This document shows, piece after piece, positions 18,359 through 38,139 of a DNA stretch of 64,000 nucleotides; the first letter of the stretch is position 1; each line of letters begins with the position of its first letter. The stretch is from the human T2T-CHM13v2.0 reference genome, Homo sapiens. Made by a program: the position numbers and the translations under genes. The stretch is from NCBI RefSeq assembly GCF_009914755.1, contig NC_060932.1; one strand, written 5' to 3'. Under the pieces are notes generated by a model. It saw only the letters and a program-made list of their open reading frames with translations, was not told the origin of the DNA and did no database searches.

Positions 18359-19269
18359 ATGAAGCAAGTTATTTTATAATAACAGTATTACCTTGCATTT
18401 TTATAATGCCTTACATTAGTTAATGCAATTTCCACATGCATGGTCTCATTTAATCATTACAACAAGCTGGAAAGGAGGTCTTGGAATCCAACTTTTACTA
18501 CTGAGAAAACCAAAGATGAGAAAAAGTTAGACACTTGCTGAAGACTACTGGGTTATAAAACAGAAGAGGAAAGACTAGATCCCAGATATTCAGACCCTAA
18601 GTTCAGGTTTTTCCATTAAACCACAGGTGCCTGCAGAGTTTGCTAGACTAAAACACAAGAGCCATTTTCCTTCCAAGCTGAAAATGGGAAAGAGATAATA
18701 TTAGGAAGAAGAAATGATTTAAGTAGAGATCACTGGGTAACACTATACCTACAGTTGCTCTATAAATTGCTTGATTTTCAGAATAGAAGCTGTATTCCAG
18801 ATGATATGCCACAGAAAATCTACTCCACAAAATGATATGTGGCCAGGCTAGTTCAAGCATCATCAAATTCATGGGACGAATACAACATAATCAGTGTTTT
18901 TCTATCCTAATAGAAATGTAGACTGGAGTCCTATGATTTCATTAAAATATCCAGCCAAGGCAGGATAGAATGAATAAAAAGGAACTTTTGAAAGATACAC
19001 AGATTTATCAATCTACAAATAATAGAACACAGTTGTATCTACTCTTAAGGGGAGACAAAGTAGCTTTTTAAACTTTTTATATTGTGTTAATATTAGTACT
19101 CCTTAAATATATAAATGTATGTATTTATTACTCCTTAAATATAAGGATATACATGTATATCCTTAAATATATAAGTATATATATTTAAGGAGTACTAATA
19201 AATACTTCTTAATTTAATTCATTATATTTTAAATAAATATTTATTAAATATTTATTTATAAATAATTAT

Positions 19270-19388
19270 ATAGAGATAGGGTCTCACTATGTTGCCCAGG
19301 CTGGTCTCAAACTCCTGGCCTTAAACCATGTTGCTGTCTCAGCCTCCCAACGTGCTGAGATTGCAGAAGTGAGCCACCATGCCTAGCC
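19270..19388 (-). mobile_element. Alu monomer (FLAM/left arm)
   Basis: agagatagggtctcactatgttgcccagg...gagccaccatgcctagcc. Confidence 0.82.
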
Positions 19389-20195
19389 TTACTTTAAGTC
19401 TATTAATTGAGATTAAGAGAAATACTACTTAATATGGTTACTGATTGGTTACTAATAATAGATTATAGGTTTTACAAGTGGCATAAAATAAAATTATTTT
19501 GCGGAGCAGAGATCGTGAACAGGGAAAATACCAACTGAGAGTCACTGTATGTCATGCGAGATTGCTGAGGGAAGTGGGTTGCCCATGTTAAAAAACAAAA
19601 AAAAGGTATTATCACACTCATGTATCTGACCAAAAAAAAAAAAAGGTAATTAAAAAAAGGTCTAGAAATCACCAGAGTCAAAGTTTGCCAAAAAAAAGTA
19701 ACAGTCATCAACTCACGGATGCCTGATTTTTAAATTTACAAGTTTAATACATGAAAAAAATTTTTGAGTGACTCAATCCACCCTCACAATGAGGTAAAAA
19801 TACCTGCTATAAACACATTATGTAGCCCATTTGCATTCTTCCATACAAGGATGAGATGAACCAGGTTGATCAAAACCTCTATCAAATGCCCTTTACAAGG
19901 CCTGGAGAATTTTTTGATCATTCTCACCTCAGTAAGTTACCTTCATTTACAAAGAGCTAAGCAGTAGGGATTTAACAAACATAAAAAGAGGATACCATAA
20001 AAAGAGATAGTGAAAAAAAGTGTTCATTATTTTTTCTTACTTGGAGTTAGAAAAGGAGAAGGGGAGTTATGGGTGATGGTGAATAAAGTTTATGAAAATG
20101 AAAGAGTGGACTTCCGGTCAGGAGACCGATTGCATTACACCTCTCTTCAGGTGACAGCAAGTCAGCCTCAAGGGAACGTGAAGTTAGACAAGGTC

Positions 20196-20292
20196 GACCA
20201 GTACTCTACATTACGCTTGAGCCACAAGAGAACCACTGTACATTTTACTGTCTTCACAGTGGTCATCGAGTGACACACACGTAGAGTAAGTA
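20196..20292 (-). ncRNA. MIR597: Intronic microRNA precursor hairpin mir-597 (5p arm ~20256-20277)
   Basis: Minus strand reads TACTTACTCTACGTGTGTGTCACTCGATGACCACTGTG...; arms are visibly complementary (TACTCTAC/GTAGAGTA, ACCACTGT/ACAGTGGT); matches my recollection of miR-597-5p UGUGUCACUCGAUGACCACUGU, hosted in TNKS. Confidence 0.88.
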
Positions 20293-20853
20293 ACATCTTA
20301 ACTGATGGGGATCAAAAGGTAAAATACTTAGTTTATAAATTAACTTTCCTTTATCCTCTGTGACAGCTATAAAGACTGTGCAAGGTGAAGACTAATGCAG
20401 TAGAACACATCTTAACGCTATCCCATGAGAAGAATGAGGATCAAAAGGTAAAATACTTTATAAATTAATTTTTCTTTTCCTTATCCTCCGTGACTGCTAT
20501 AAAGACTGTGAAAGGTGAAGGCTAATGGAGTAGAACTTCCTTACATCCACAATGTATGGGATCTACTGTAGTCTACACAGTTGACAGTGTAACATAAGCC
20601 TTACTAGATCAGTTCATTATTATAATTCTATGGCCACCATCTGTCCCTACTCATAGTAAGTTTACAGAGACGATAAAAGATCTAATTTCAGTTCTACCGA
20701 TCCCATTGGCTTTATAAACCCTTAACTGAAGCTTAGCAAAAGGATTAGTAGAAAACCATATGAAGAGAACAATTATGCTAAGAAGTGCTGAAAATTTGTC
20801 TCCAAATGATATACATGTGTAAGTTATAACTTAAGGGTCAAGAATTACATGTA

Positions 20854-21150
<297 letters not shown>

Positions 21151-21873
21151 TTACATATAAATGTATATGTAGTATGTTAGCAGCAAATATTTAGCATGCT
21201 AAGTCTTTGGTAGAAGTATTTGTTGCTCAGAGAAATTGAGAACCTTATGTGAAGGAAGGTTAAAATTTCTACGAATTTTAATAAAAGACTACTCATCTTT
21301 AGAAAGGTAACTTTAAATACTGTAGTTTCAAGAGGATTTCAGTACTAACACTCATTAAATATGATACTTTCAATTAATTTATATCATACTTGGAAGCATA
21401 GTTTTCTTTCAAAAAACCGGATTGTTGCTTTCCTTAAAAGTATCCTCACTCAGATTTGTCCTCTCTCTGAAATACAGGTCTTTGTAAAATGGGTCTGAGA
21501 GACGACAGTCTCATTACAAAGGGCCAGGGAGAAGGCGGTAGGAGGAAGAATATGGTAATCAAGGTGGTTGGGTTGGTTTGGTTTTTATTTATAGTTTGTC
21601 AGGCTTTTGCAAATCTAGAAACCACCTTCTATCAAGAGTGATTCCAACTGTGAGAACACCTGGTACGTATGAACTGGCATCTGTGGGTTTTTACAGTCAA
21701 GAAGGGATTAAGTGGATGAACTGTCAAGCACATGAGCATTCATCCTATTTCTGCCGTGAGCCAGGCTTGAGTGGGCCTTAGTTACTTCCAGTCAGTCAGT
21801 TCTGACATACGGCATCAAGGCACTGCAATCCATCTCTCTTCCTCTTACAACTGATGACAGTGTTTGAAAGGAT

Positions 21874-21887
21874 AACTCTGGACTTTC
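21874..21887. repeat. L1 target-site duplication, left copy
   Basis: AACTCTGGACTTTC, identical to 25514-25527. Confidence 0.95.
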
Positions 21888-25731
<3,844 letters not shown>

Positions 25732-26107
25732 TACTCGAATATTTTTAAGGTGCTGATGATAAATGTAAGCCAACATACTTTCCATGCCTGTATAACAGCT
25801 GCACAGCTTTTCTAGTTTTTAAAATATACTTGAGGTAGAATTAAGAAATTGGTATTTATTATATTATTTTATATTATATATATATTACAATATTGATAAA
25901 TATAAACTGAGCACCCATTACATGCCTATTATTGTGCTTGATAACGTGCTGAGACCAAAAAGCAATAAAAAGCATGACTGTTGGCCAAAAGGTAGTTAAG
26001 CTTAGCTGGGAAGATACACCAAAACTCTGAACAAAAGATTAAAATTATGCTAAATCATGCTATTAGTTAGATATCTACTTACTTAATGCATAGTATGCAT
26101 TTAATAA

Positions 26108-26447
<340 letters not shown>

Positions 26448-26479
26448 AGTTTTCTAGATTTTAATGTTAGTATGCTTAC

Positions 26480-26589
26480 CCCATAAGATGCCGCATTATG
26501 AAGAGGAATTAAACCACCCTTGTCCTGGGCATTAACATCAGCTCCATGCTCTAGAAGATATTCAGCTACTTCCAGGTTATTATAGCCTG
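26480..26589 (-). CDS. TNKS: TNKS coding exon (~exon 17), ankyrin repeats
   Basis: 110 nt, aatag|CAG...|gtaagc; [37 protein letters not shown]. Confidence 0.96.
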
Positions 26590-26801
26590 CTATTTAGAGT
26601 AAAAAAAATACAGGAAACGTGTCAGCTTAAAGGAAAAAAAATACATACATATGTAATAAGGACCAGAAAATGTTAAGGTTTTAATACTTTTTGCTTCAAA
26701 AGCTAATACTGTTATCACATAATGGAGGGACTTCACAATAAGAAATTATACAAAACTATGTCAATCAAGAGCATTTTACTAAGTAGTCCCATTTGTGTTC
26801 A

Positions 26802-27101
<300 letters not shown>

Positions 27102-28489
27102 CTACAAAGAAGAAAAACCAAATGGGGTTTGTATTTTCTGTAGTAAGTAGGTAGGTAGGTAGGTAGGTAATTAATTTACTCTACCTTTGTTCCTCTGGGG
27201 AAGATATCTACTCTATATGCATTTTGAAAAACACTTTGCAAAATTCCTACTTAGTAATATAATGGATCAGCTTTCTAACTATTAATACTATACAGTCAAA
27301 GCTTCAGGATCAATGGTGATGATAAAGTAGGGAGAGTGTTAAGTATCTTTGAGACAACCTATATAATACACTTTTTCTCAGACTCCAAGTTGTCTTTGGA
27401 AACCTATTTTACTTTGAAGAATAGCATGGATGTTAATTTTGACCAGATTCAATTACATAAAGATACTCAGTAGGTATGAAAAAGAAGAGAGTAAGACACA
27501 CTGGTAAAAAAGGACTTAATTCTAAAGGCCATCAGTAAGAATAAAGTTTGGTAATATTTTTAAGATTTTTATCCTAAGTCTTAACATCTATCATGAAATT
27601 AGATATAAATGTATTAAAAATTATAGATTTTAAAAGTTTAATTACCAATAGCTATTAAATAAAGTAAATAGAAGTCAATAATTTTTATTATGGGTCGGCC
27701 ACAGACTGTCATGGGCTCACTGCGGAAATTAGTTGTAAGTCAAGGTGGACAATGGATTCACAATGACTTGGAAGTTATTTCTTACCAACCAGTGATAATA
27801 AAAATGAGTATCAGATATTGTGTTTTTCTCAAGATTCATAAGAATGTATTTGATATCATAAAAGTGAAGGGAGAAGAATTTTATTTAAACACTTCAATTT
27901 TTTTTCCGTAGTTAAAAAAAAGCAAAAGAAAATCTCATAAATACACATCTGGTCGTTTTTTAAAAATATACTTTAAGTGAGCATAAATTATAGTTAGTTT
28001 CATATAACTACTAGTTTTCACTCTTTTACATGTATCTAAAATCTATATGAACAACTTTAGAGATCATCTTATATTTTAATAAAAATCTGATACTACAATA
28101 AGTTCTTAAAGACACAATATTTGATGTTTACTAGTGAATGAGTTAGTTAACAATAATAAAATAGCCAACAAAGAAAAAAAACCCAACTTGATTGAAAAGC
28201 TTGTTTCTCCTGTACAGTTTTTTCTGATATTAATACTATAAGTACTAGACAAGCAATGCAAACTATTTCAGCTCTTTCTAAAACCTACTTTGATGAATTT
28301 TTATGACATGGACTTAAACCATTTCAGATATTCACTTTAGGCACTACGCAAAGCTATGTGTCATATCACATAAACGGTCTTCTGGGAAATAGAAAATGAG
28401 AGCAGTCTCTACAGCAGTATTGTTCTTAATAGAATAACATACCCCAACTTACTTTCAAGTAATAACCAAAATATAAATAAAATTAGTTA

Positions 28490-28702
<213 letters not shown>

Positions 28703-29873
28703 TTAAAGTCATAAAACAAACCTTTGAGTTACAATGATTCTTATAATAAAAATCCTACCATTCTTCTATGGTACTGACTATACTGAACACTGCGCAAAAA
28801 GAAATACACCCACCTCTGTTCTTTAAGATATAGTTATCCATTTCTAAATAAGGAGTAATAATTTCAAAAATGTTCTTTCAATGTAAAGATTTTTTCCTAA
28901 GTTTCTTGGGGATGGATATATACTCACAGCAATCCTTATCTTTATGAGTTTCGCTAATGAAAATTGTATGCTTACTTATAAAAAATATAATACAATTAGC
29001 TTATTTAGGCAAGTTCTACCTTGGTAAAAAGTTGTGTAAATCATAGTGGTGATTAAATCATAGTGGTTTAATCATAGTGGTGATTCAGTGGTGATTTCCA
29101 TGCACAGGTGTAAATATTGAGGTGCCAAATATTGAAAATTCATAATCCAGGTAATTCAGAGAAGTATTCAGTAAGAAAAATGACGATGTCAACTATAAGT
29201 TCTACTCAGATGAGAAATGGGCAAACTATTCTGAGAGGAGTCTAAGCTCTGATTTGTAAGCAGCTGACATTCTAAAAGGACAAAAAGATGCTCCCACAAA
29301 AGAGTACATCAAAAGAATAAAATGTTGAAGTTAACACATGGCAGAAGCAAAGTAACAAGTGCATTTTTTTTTTTTTTTTTTAGTTTTGGGATGAAATATG
29401 CTAACTGTTAAAATGAGCAATAGAAGCAAATGCTGATTGCTCTCCAATGCACTGAAACAGTTTGAAATATTCATGTCTGATGTGTCCCTTTTAAAAGATA
29501 AATAAATACATAATGGTTCGATGAGGCCTAAATCGTGCAGTTTAATTCTACTGTGCACTTGTATGTAATTACACAGAAAGCTACTGGCTTATTTTGAGAT
29601 GATGTGAAATTAACTCAGAACACGGGAATTAATATCAGTTAAAATACCTTTCTCACATTTCTAAGTAGCTGCCTTAAGCTTTGCCTAGACAAAATAATTT
29701 AGCAAACTAATATAAAACATACAGTATCTGAATTAGTAAAAATAAAACTATGCTTCTAGGAATACTGATGTCTTTGGGATGGATGACTTCTTTTTAGAAG
29801 AGACTGTACATTTTTAATAGCAAAAAAGAAGAATAAACAATAACTTACAGACTATATAAAAACATTCATATAG

Positions 29874-30196
<323 letters not shown>

Positions 30197-30476
30197 CTAT
30201 ATACAAGCATTAAAAGAATGAGACTATTAAGTACTGATATGGGAAGACTATTCAAGATACACTACTGAGTGGAAAAAAGTAAACTGCAAAGCAGACCATA
30301 TAGAATGGCACCACCATTTGTGTTAAAAATCACCACCACCACCATCGCCACAGCACACACACAAGTCTATGCATTTACAATATCTGGAGGAATAAGGTCA
30401 ACATTTGAATGCTGTATCTCTGAGCAGGAGGTGGGCTGACAGGAAATTTTCAATTTCTATACTGTACATTTCTATG

Positions 30477-30781
<305 letters not shown>

Positions 30782-30924
30782 ACATTTCTATGTTTTAATT
30801 TATGTTTTAAACAAAAAATAACGATTACTTTTTTAATACAGAAAAAATCTAAGACTTCAAAAATATTTTAAATTTTTTAAGCATGAAGAGAATGACTCCC
30901 AAACAGCTAACTTCTAACACGTAC

Positions 30925-31070
30925 CCCTTGTCTTTGGCATGGACATCGGCACCGTGGTGTAGCAGGTACTCTACAACAGACACGCGGTTGTAGCCTGCTG
31001 CGAAGTGTAAGGGCGTGGAATGCCGGCCCTCTAAGTCTCTACAATTCACATTTTGAGAGCTGCAAAGTTG
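30925..31070 (-). CDS. TNKS: TNKS coding exon (~exon 14)
   Basis: 146 nt, gaaag|...|gtacgt; [49 protein letters not shown]; in frame with both neighbours. Confidence 0.94.
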
Positions 31071-31885
31071 CTTTCGTGGTGCACACACAAAGACAAACAC
31101 AAAACGAACATTACTCTTTATTCACAGGTTTTGCCCCAAAATAGTTCAACATCTTGGATAAGTAAATTATAATTGTCTAATGAATATTTATTTCCAAAGA
31201 TTAGACAATACAAATGTTTAGAAATCAGCACTATGCCTTTCAGTGACGACAAATATTTTTTATTATGTACAGAGCAAATTAATGTTTTTCAACATTTCCC
31301 AACCAAAATCGGAATCAAATAGAAAAACCCACAATAAAGCAAGCATTTCCAAAGCAACTAATCCCTTGCTGTTTTATCTTTGTAAGTCTTTCCTCCCTGA
31401 GATATGCTCTACTGTTTGTCATAGCGTATCTGCTTGTGCCAACACCAACCTCAGTTGACTGTGTAACTAGAGAGCTCTTGCCGTCTCTAATGTGAGTCAA
31501 GCAAGCAAAAAGGGTCTGGAAAATTATTTTTCTGCCTGGGCCACTCCCTGGGTCTTTTGATTGACTGTAGCAAAGTTACGTCGTCAACAGTGCTTTACTT
31601 GCCTTTTGGGGCAACATTTGCTTACCTTTACAAGTTAAACTGGTTTTTAATCATACCCTAGTTTTTGGGCTTTACTTCCATCTCTTTCAGAGATGTCCTC
31701 CAAATCTCTTCTATGTCTCCTTATCTCTCTCTGAATGCTTCAATTTCAGCACAATCTAAATTGTAAGCTCCGTTTGTTTACAAAGCAGCAGGATGGCATG
31801 GAAGGAATGAAAGACTGTATCACTGGTGGTAATAAGTGAGTAATGATAATATCTGAATAATAATTTACAGTTTATAAAGAATATT

Positions 31886-32269
<384 letters not shown>

Positions 32270-32657
32270 TTATAAATTAACTTTACAGATAAATAAATCA
32301 GGGATGAAGGTTAAGTGAGTTATCCTTGTCAAACAGTTGGTAAGGGGTAGAATAAAGACTCAAACCCTGCTTTACTGATTTTTAACCTCTTAGTCTTTCT
32401 GCTACATCATGCATCATCGCTTACTTTCCTAATTATCCAACTTGAGGGAAGTGATCAGAAGAAAGGCAATGAAAAACAGAAAAAGCAAATGAAGCAGAGC
32501 AGACAATAGCATGCTCTAGGCTATAAAGGACGATTGCAGGGTCCCTGGGGATTTTCAGGTATTCACTAATTTTGCTGCCACTTCCGTCACAGTAATAAGC
32601 TATTATTACATAAAAATTAAGAACTTGAAAAATTTCTACTGATAGAGGAAGTAGGAG

Positions 32658-33047
32658 TGCTACGGGTTGAATGTTTGTGTCCTTCTGGAATTCATGTTGA
32701 AACTTAATCTCCAATGCAATAGTGTTAAGGAGGTGACTGGGTCATGCGGACTCTTCCCTCCTGAATGGGGGCTTAAGGCCTTTCTAAAAGAGGCTTCACA
32801 CAGCATTTGGCCGTTTTGCCCTTCCGCCTTCTGCCAAGTGAGGATACAGCATTTGTCCCCTCCAGAAGAGGCAGCAACAAGACACCACCTTGAAGGCAGA
32901 GAGACGGGGTCCCCACCAGACACTAAGCCTACGAGTACCTGGATCTTGGACTTCCTAGCCTCCAGAACTGAGAGAAATAAATTTCTATTGCTTAGAAATT
33001 GCCGAGTCTATGGTATTTTTTTATAGCAGCACAAATAGACTAAGACA
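32658..33047 (+). mobile_element. MST-type (ERVL-MaLR) solo LTR
   Basis: tgctacgggttgaatgtttgtgtcc...ttatagcagcacaaatagactaagaca; TG...CA termini; AATAAA at 32976. Confidence 0.8.
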
Positions 33048-34385
33048 AGAAGCTTTCACACAGGTAGGATAAAAACAAGCGCTTTTTAAGTGGTGTAATT
33101 TTCACATGACAGGAAGGAGTCTGGGCAGTAAAGGCGAGTTCACAGTTTCATCAACTCTATACGGAAATGCACCAGCCTCTAAAATCTGAAGAGCCATTGT
33201 AATGTGACCAGGTCAAATATCTTTTCATGACAAATGAGTCTGTGGCTATATTAATATATAAATAGCATAATTGACAAATCAAATTAAATAAAAAATGAAT
33301 AAATACATAAATCAAAAAGAAAAGATGCAAAAATTGATAATAAACACCCTCTAAGGAGTCTGACATGATTGAAGCTTCTTCCTAATGCTGCTTTCCCCCA
33401 CTGGTTCTTACATTCTAAATTAACTCTATTATTATTCTATTTGTCAGAATACTGACAAAATAGGAATAGGTAGGGAATGAAACACAACTCATTTTGTGAG
33501 GCTACAGAAATAGAAGCCCATCCTGCTTATTAAATATTTGATTTTTAAGATTTAGAAATTCTTTATTCTGTTTCAGTTTTCTTTCGAATGGCAAAGCAAT
33601 TTCACATCCTTCCTACTTACTTTTCACAATTTCAAATGCTTTATTCAGCAGGCAGCCTTTTCTTCTAAAACCTCAGTTCTACTACTTTCTAAAGTCTCTT
33701 GGGGAAGAAATTTACCAGGCCTAATTCTCACTCAATTTGTGCTGCTTTGTTTTCTTTTGCTACTTCCATTCCACAGATCAAAATAAATTAGGCCTTCACT
33801 GTGAATGGATTGTTTAAGAAACCTAAAAGCTGTAGTATACATCTGCTTATCATATACAAAACACATGGAATTTAAAACTGTATGCTTTAAAAATAAAGTA
33901 TGTATTAATTATAATAAGCACATATAGCAATTCAAGCACTGAGATGATCATGCTCTGAAAGGAAGCCTAATCGTCTTATATTTAAGAAATTTCTTTTATT
34001 AGAATACATTTCAAGTGATGAAGCATTTTTAAGAAAAAATGTACAGTTTTAGATTTAAGACAACATAAAAATTTCTCCCTAGTGGCTATCACAACTAAAA
34101 TTTACTATTATTCTTTAAATAACTTAGATGCTATCGTAAGTTGGATGTGATCCTGGAAGTGCCCACATATTAAAACAAAAATAAAATTTCTAGGCAACAG
34201 AGCTTAAAACGTGTTTACCGTCACTTTCAACCAGTATATGTTATCAAGAATGCTAAAATTAGTTTGCTAAAAATCACAAAAAGTTTGCTTAAGAAGAGGT
34301 GACAAAGTTGACAGTATGTCGTAAAAAGTACTGAGTGTCAATAGCAAATTTGCTATTAACTTTTCGATAAAAATAATAAAGGCAA

Positions 34386-34540
34386 AGCTGGGTGCAGTGG
34401 TGCACACCTGTAGTCTCAGCTACTTGGATAGTAGGCAGGGTAAGGCAAGAGGATTGCTTGAGCCCCAGGAGTTTGAGGCCTGCCTGGGCAATACAGCAAG
34501 ACCTTGTCTCGTAAAAAACAACAAAAAACAAACCCCAAAA
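34386..34540 (+). mobile_element. Alu monomer (FLAM/FRAM-like)
   Basis: gctgggtgcagtggtgcacacctgtagtc...gaccttgtctc followed by an A-rich tail. Confidence 0.78.
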
Positions 34541-35241
34541 GACCAACCTCCAAACAAAAAACTTTTGCTAACTTCATCCCTAAGTGAATGATTATAGATG
34601 GGAAATGTGTGTTTTAAAAAAGTATACTTAGTATTAGAATATGACTATATTTGAAAAAAAATAAAACTACAACCATTGTTTCTATACCACAAATACAGAC
34701 TGATAAAATTTTTGAAGCAAGTAGAGCTACACAGGGAAAAAATCTATCTTCTGCATATGAATAATTCCACTGTTGAGGGATCACAGGAATGCTTTCCTAG
34801 AATAAATGTGTGAACCTCTGAGAAAAGATCAAGAAATATTCTTTCAAATGTCATCCTGCTAATGTCTGGGCTCGATCTAGTTTATACATTTTGTGAATGC
34901 AGCCAAAAATAGTAACACTGTAATTAATATAAGTGAAATTAAAAGAGCTTTCATGTAACCTGAAGAAAAATTACTAAAAACCATGTATATGTGTGTGTGT
35001 GTATGTATATATCCATCTGTCCATCTACCTATATACATACACACACATATATATACAAATGGTTTCATAAATACAAGGCACATACTGGGAATTCCTTAAT
35101 AGTAGTACAGATTTTTCCTGCCCATGACTCTGTTCATCCTTTTTACTGTTTGTATTTGAGTAGATATACTTAGAAGCTTAAAAATGAATTGGTTAGCAAA
35201 GTTCAACAGTGCTATTCCAGATATTAAGGGCACTGACTTAC

Positions 35242-35321
35242 CTTCACAGTTTCCAAGTCTCCAGCTTTAGATGCCTCTAAGAGTCGATAATCAACATCAG
35301 AAGTACGTATAGGTGTACTCT
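35242..35321 (-). CDS. TNKS: TNKS coding exon (~exon 13)
   Basis: 80 nt, tgcag|...|gtaagt; [27 protein letters not shown]. Confidence 0.95.
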
Positions 35322-35564
35322 CTGCATAAAAGGAAGGAAAGAACTCATATATATATCCAAACTCATATATTCCAACTGCATTGATTTTGGAAACAAAAAT
35401 GGTTCTTGAGGGATTGCAAAGTAGTTCAGGAGGAAAAATTATTTAGTTTGGTTTTACTAAATGTTGTAGCAAAACTTTGCCATAGATTTGTTATACAAAC
35501 CTAGGGAAGCCACACAACTTTCAGTACTTAATGTTTACTTTTTTTATGTATGTACATATGTATG

Positions 35565-35854
<290 letters not shown>

Positions 35855-37524
35855 TGATTTTTCTTTTAGTCTCAATGTACTACTTTTGAAATCAGAATCA
35901 TCTTGTGAAGTATAATCAGTGAACAGAAAAGGGCTACTAAATACAGACATTTGTTTAATTCACATTTATTGAATGGCTTTAGGAAAATGCAACTTTCAAT
36001 GTTTGTATAATTGGAGGTATGATAGCAATGCGAAACAGAATATAATTAAATTGGGCTGTTAGGTTTAGAGGCTAACAAATGAGTTATTATTTTGATTAAT
36101 CCAATGTAAATAAACTGAAAATTCATTTCACATTGACCCAAATAAAATAAGTTTTTAAAGAAAACAATTTATAATATGTCAACCAAAAGTATGTTTATGT
36201 ACATGAAGTGTGGCTTTTAGAATGAGCACACATTATGTTAACACAAAAGGATGGATCTCCAGGAGGCCTACATTTTAGACTGGGCTCTATAATCTACAAC
36301 TTTGGACAACTCATGTAACAGTTTAGTTTTTGCCCTTATAAAGTGAGTGCTGAAAATCTTTCAGATCTAAGATTGTATTATCTTATGATCAGAGACATCT
36401 TTTTTGAGCCCAATGTCCAAGTGGGAGGATCAAGTGATGCTATGAAGAGGTTGTAGATTTCAGGAGAGAGTGGCTTTTACAGAATAAGTTATGACAATTC
36501 TTCAGTAAAAGATAAACTACTTATTTGATCATAATAGCAGGTAAAATGCTGAGATTAAGGGAGGAAAAAAGAGAGTGTTTCATATAACAAAGTAAATCTT
36601 TGAATTATTATTCTTAAGAGTTATATTACATTTTAATTTGTGGAAATGTTGAGGAAAGGAACCAGATCTTGCTCATCTTTATATTCCTTTTCACACAGAG
36701 AGCATTCCAAAAGCATTTCCTGGATGGATTTCCACTATGTACTGGGGTCAATGAGTCTATCAAATCTTGGCTCTTTTTTTGGCTGCTCTTATTCTGTTCT
36801 TTCATTGTCTCATTAGTCTCCATTATAAGTGTGCACATACACTACCGCATTTATAGGTAAGATGCTGTGTGTATATTATGTCTCTATGACAGTGATTCTG
36901 GATTTGACAAAATTCACTGATATATCCTTTCAATATCTACAGGTAATATTTTTAGTTTTTCATTTCAACAAAATAGAGACAATTGTTTATGTATATAGTT
37001 ATAACTGAGTATTTTTCGATGACAGCACTTTAAGGATACATTTAATATGGCAAAATTTTTGAAATCTAAGAACTATTTGAAATTGGAACACATATCTTGA
37101 TGCGGACTGTCTACTAAAGAGTATAATTTTCCAATCAAGCAAAAAGTCTTAAGCAAATATAAGAATGCTTCTGGAACTATGAGAAAAGAATTATTAGTCC
37201 TGGTTAAAGAGGAGAAAGTAAAGATGTTTAAAATATTGGTTAATTACTATACAGATTGTAGAGACCTGCACCTATTACATATCTTGAATAAGGCCTAGGA
37301 TAGACTTGTTTTTAGAAATAATGCGAAAAATGTATTAGCTGAAATGACTTACATACAGCCCAGGAACTTTGTATAAAGTGATGCACAATTAAAAGAGATA
37401 TAAAAAATGAAATTAAAAAAGGAACATGAGTGAAAGAGTAGCTTGTATGCAAAGTACTATATTAGTAAAATTCTTTGTAAGTATGCTAGGTTTGTATAAC
37501 ATGAAATTTATTTATTTGTTTAGT

Positions 37525-37815
<291 letters not shown>

Positions 37816-38139
37816 TAGAATCAAAGATTAAAGATGGGCTTCTTATTTTGTCTCCAATCTTTTTCTGGCTCATTAGAGTTTTTAAAAAGTTAGAAACGCT
37901 AGGAAGCAGCCTATTTTTAAAAACATCTTTTATAGACTTAGTAGTTTGATCAATATTAGACTACTGGACTGGCAACAGGTCTTAATGGCTTATTTCAATG
38001 TGCCACTGTAAATGGGGTTTCAATGTTTAATTTAGCTATCATAAGCCTAATCTTTACCTGTGTAGATAAAAGTAATGCTTATCCCACACTGGGTTATACA
38101 ATCGCAAGAATTCAGGTCAAGATCGAACTTAAAAGAAAT

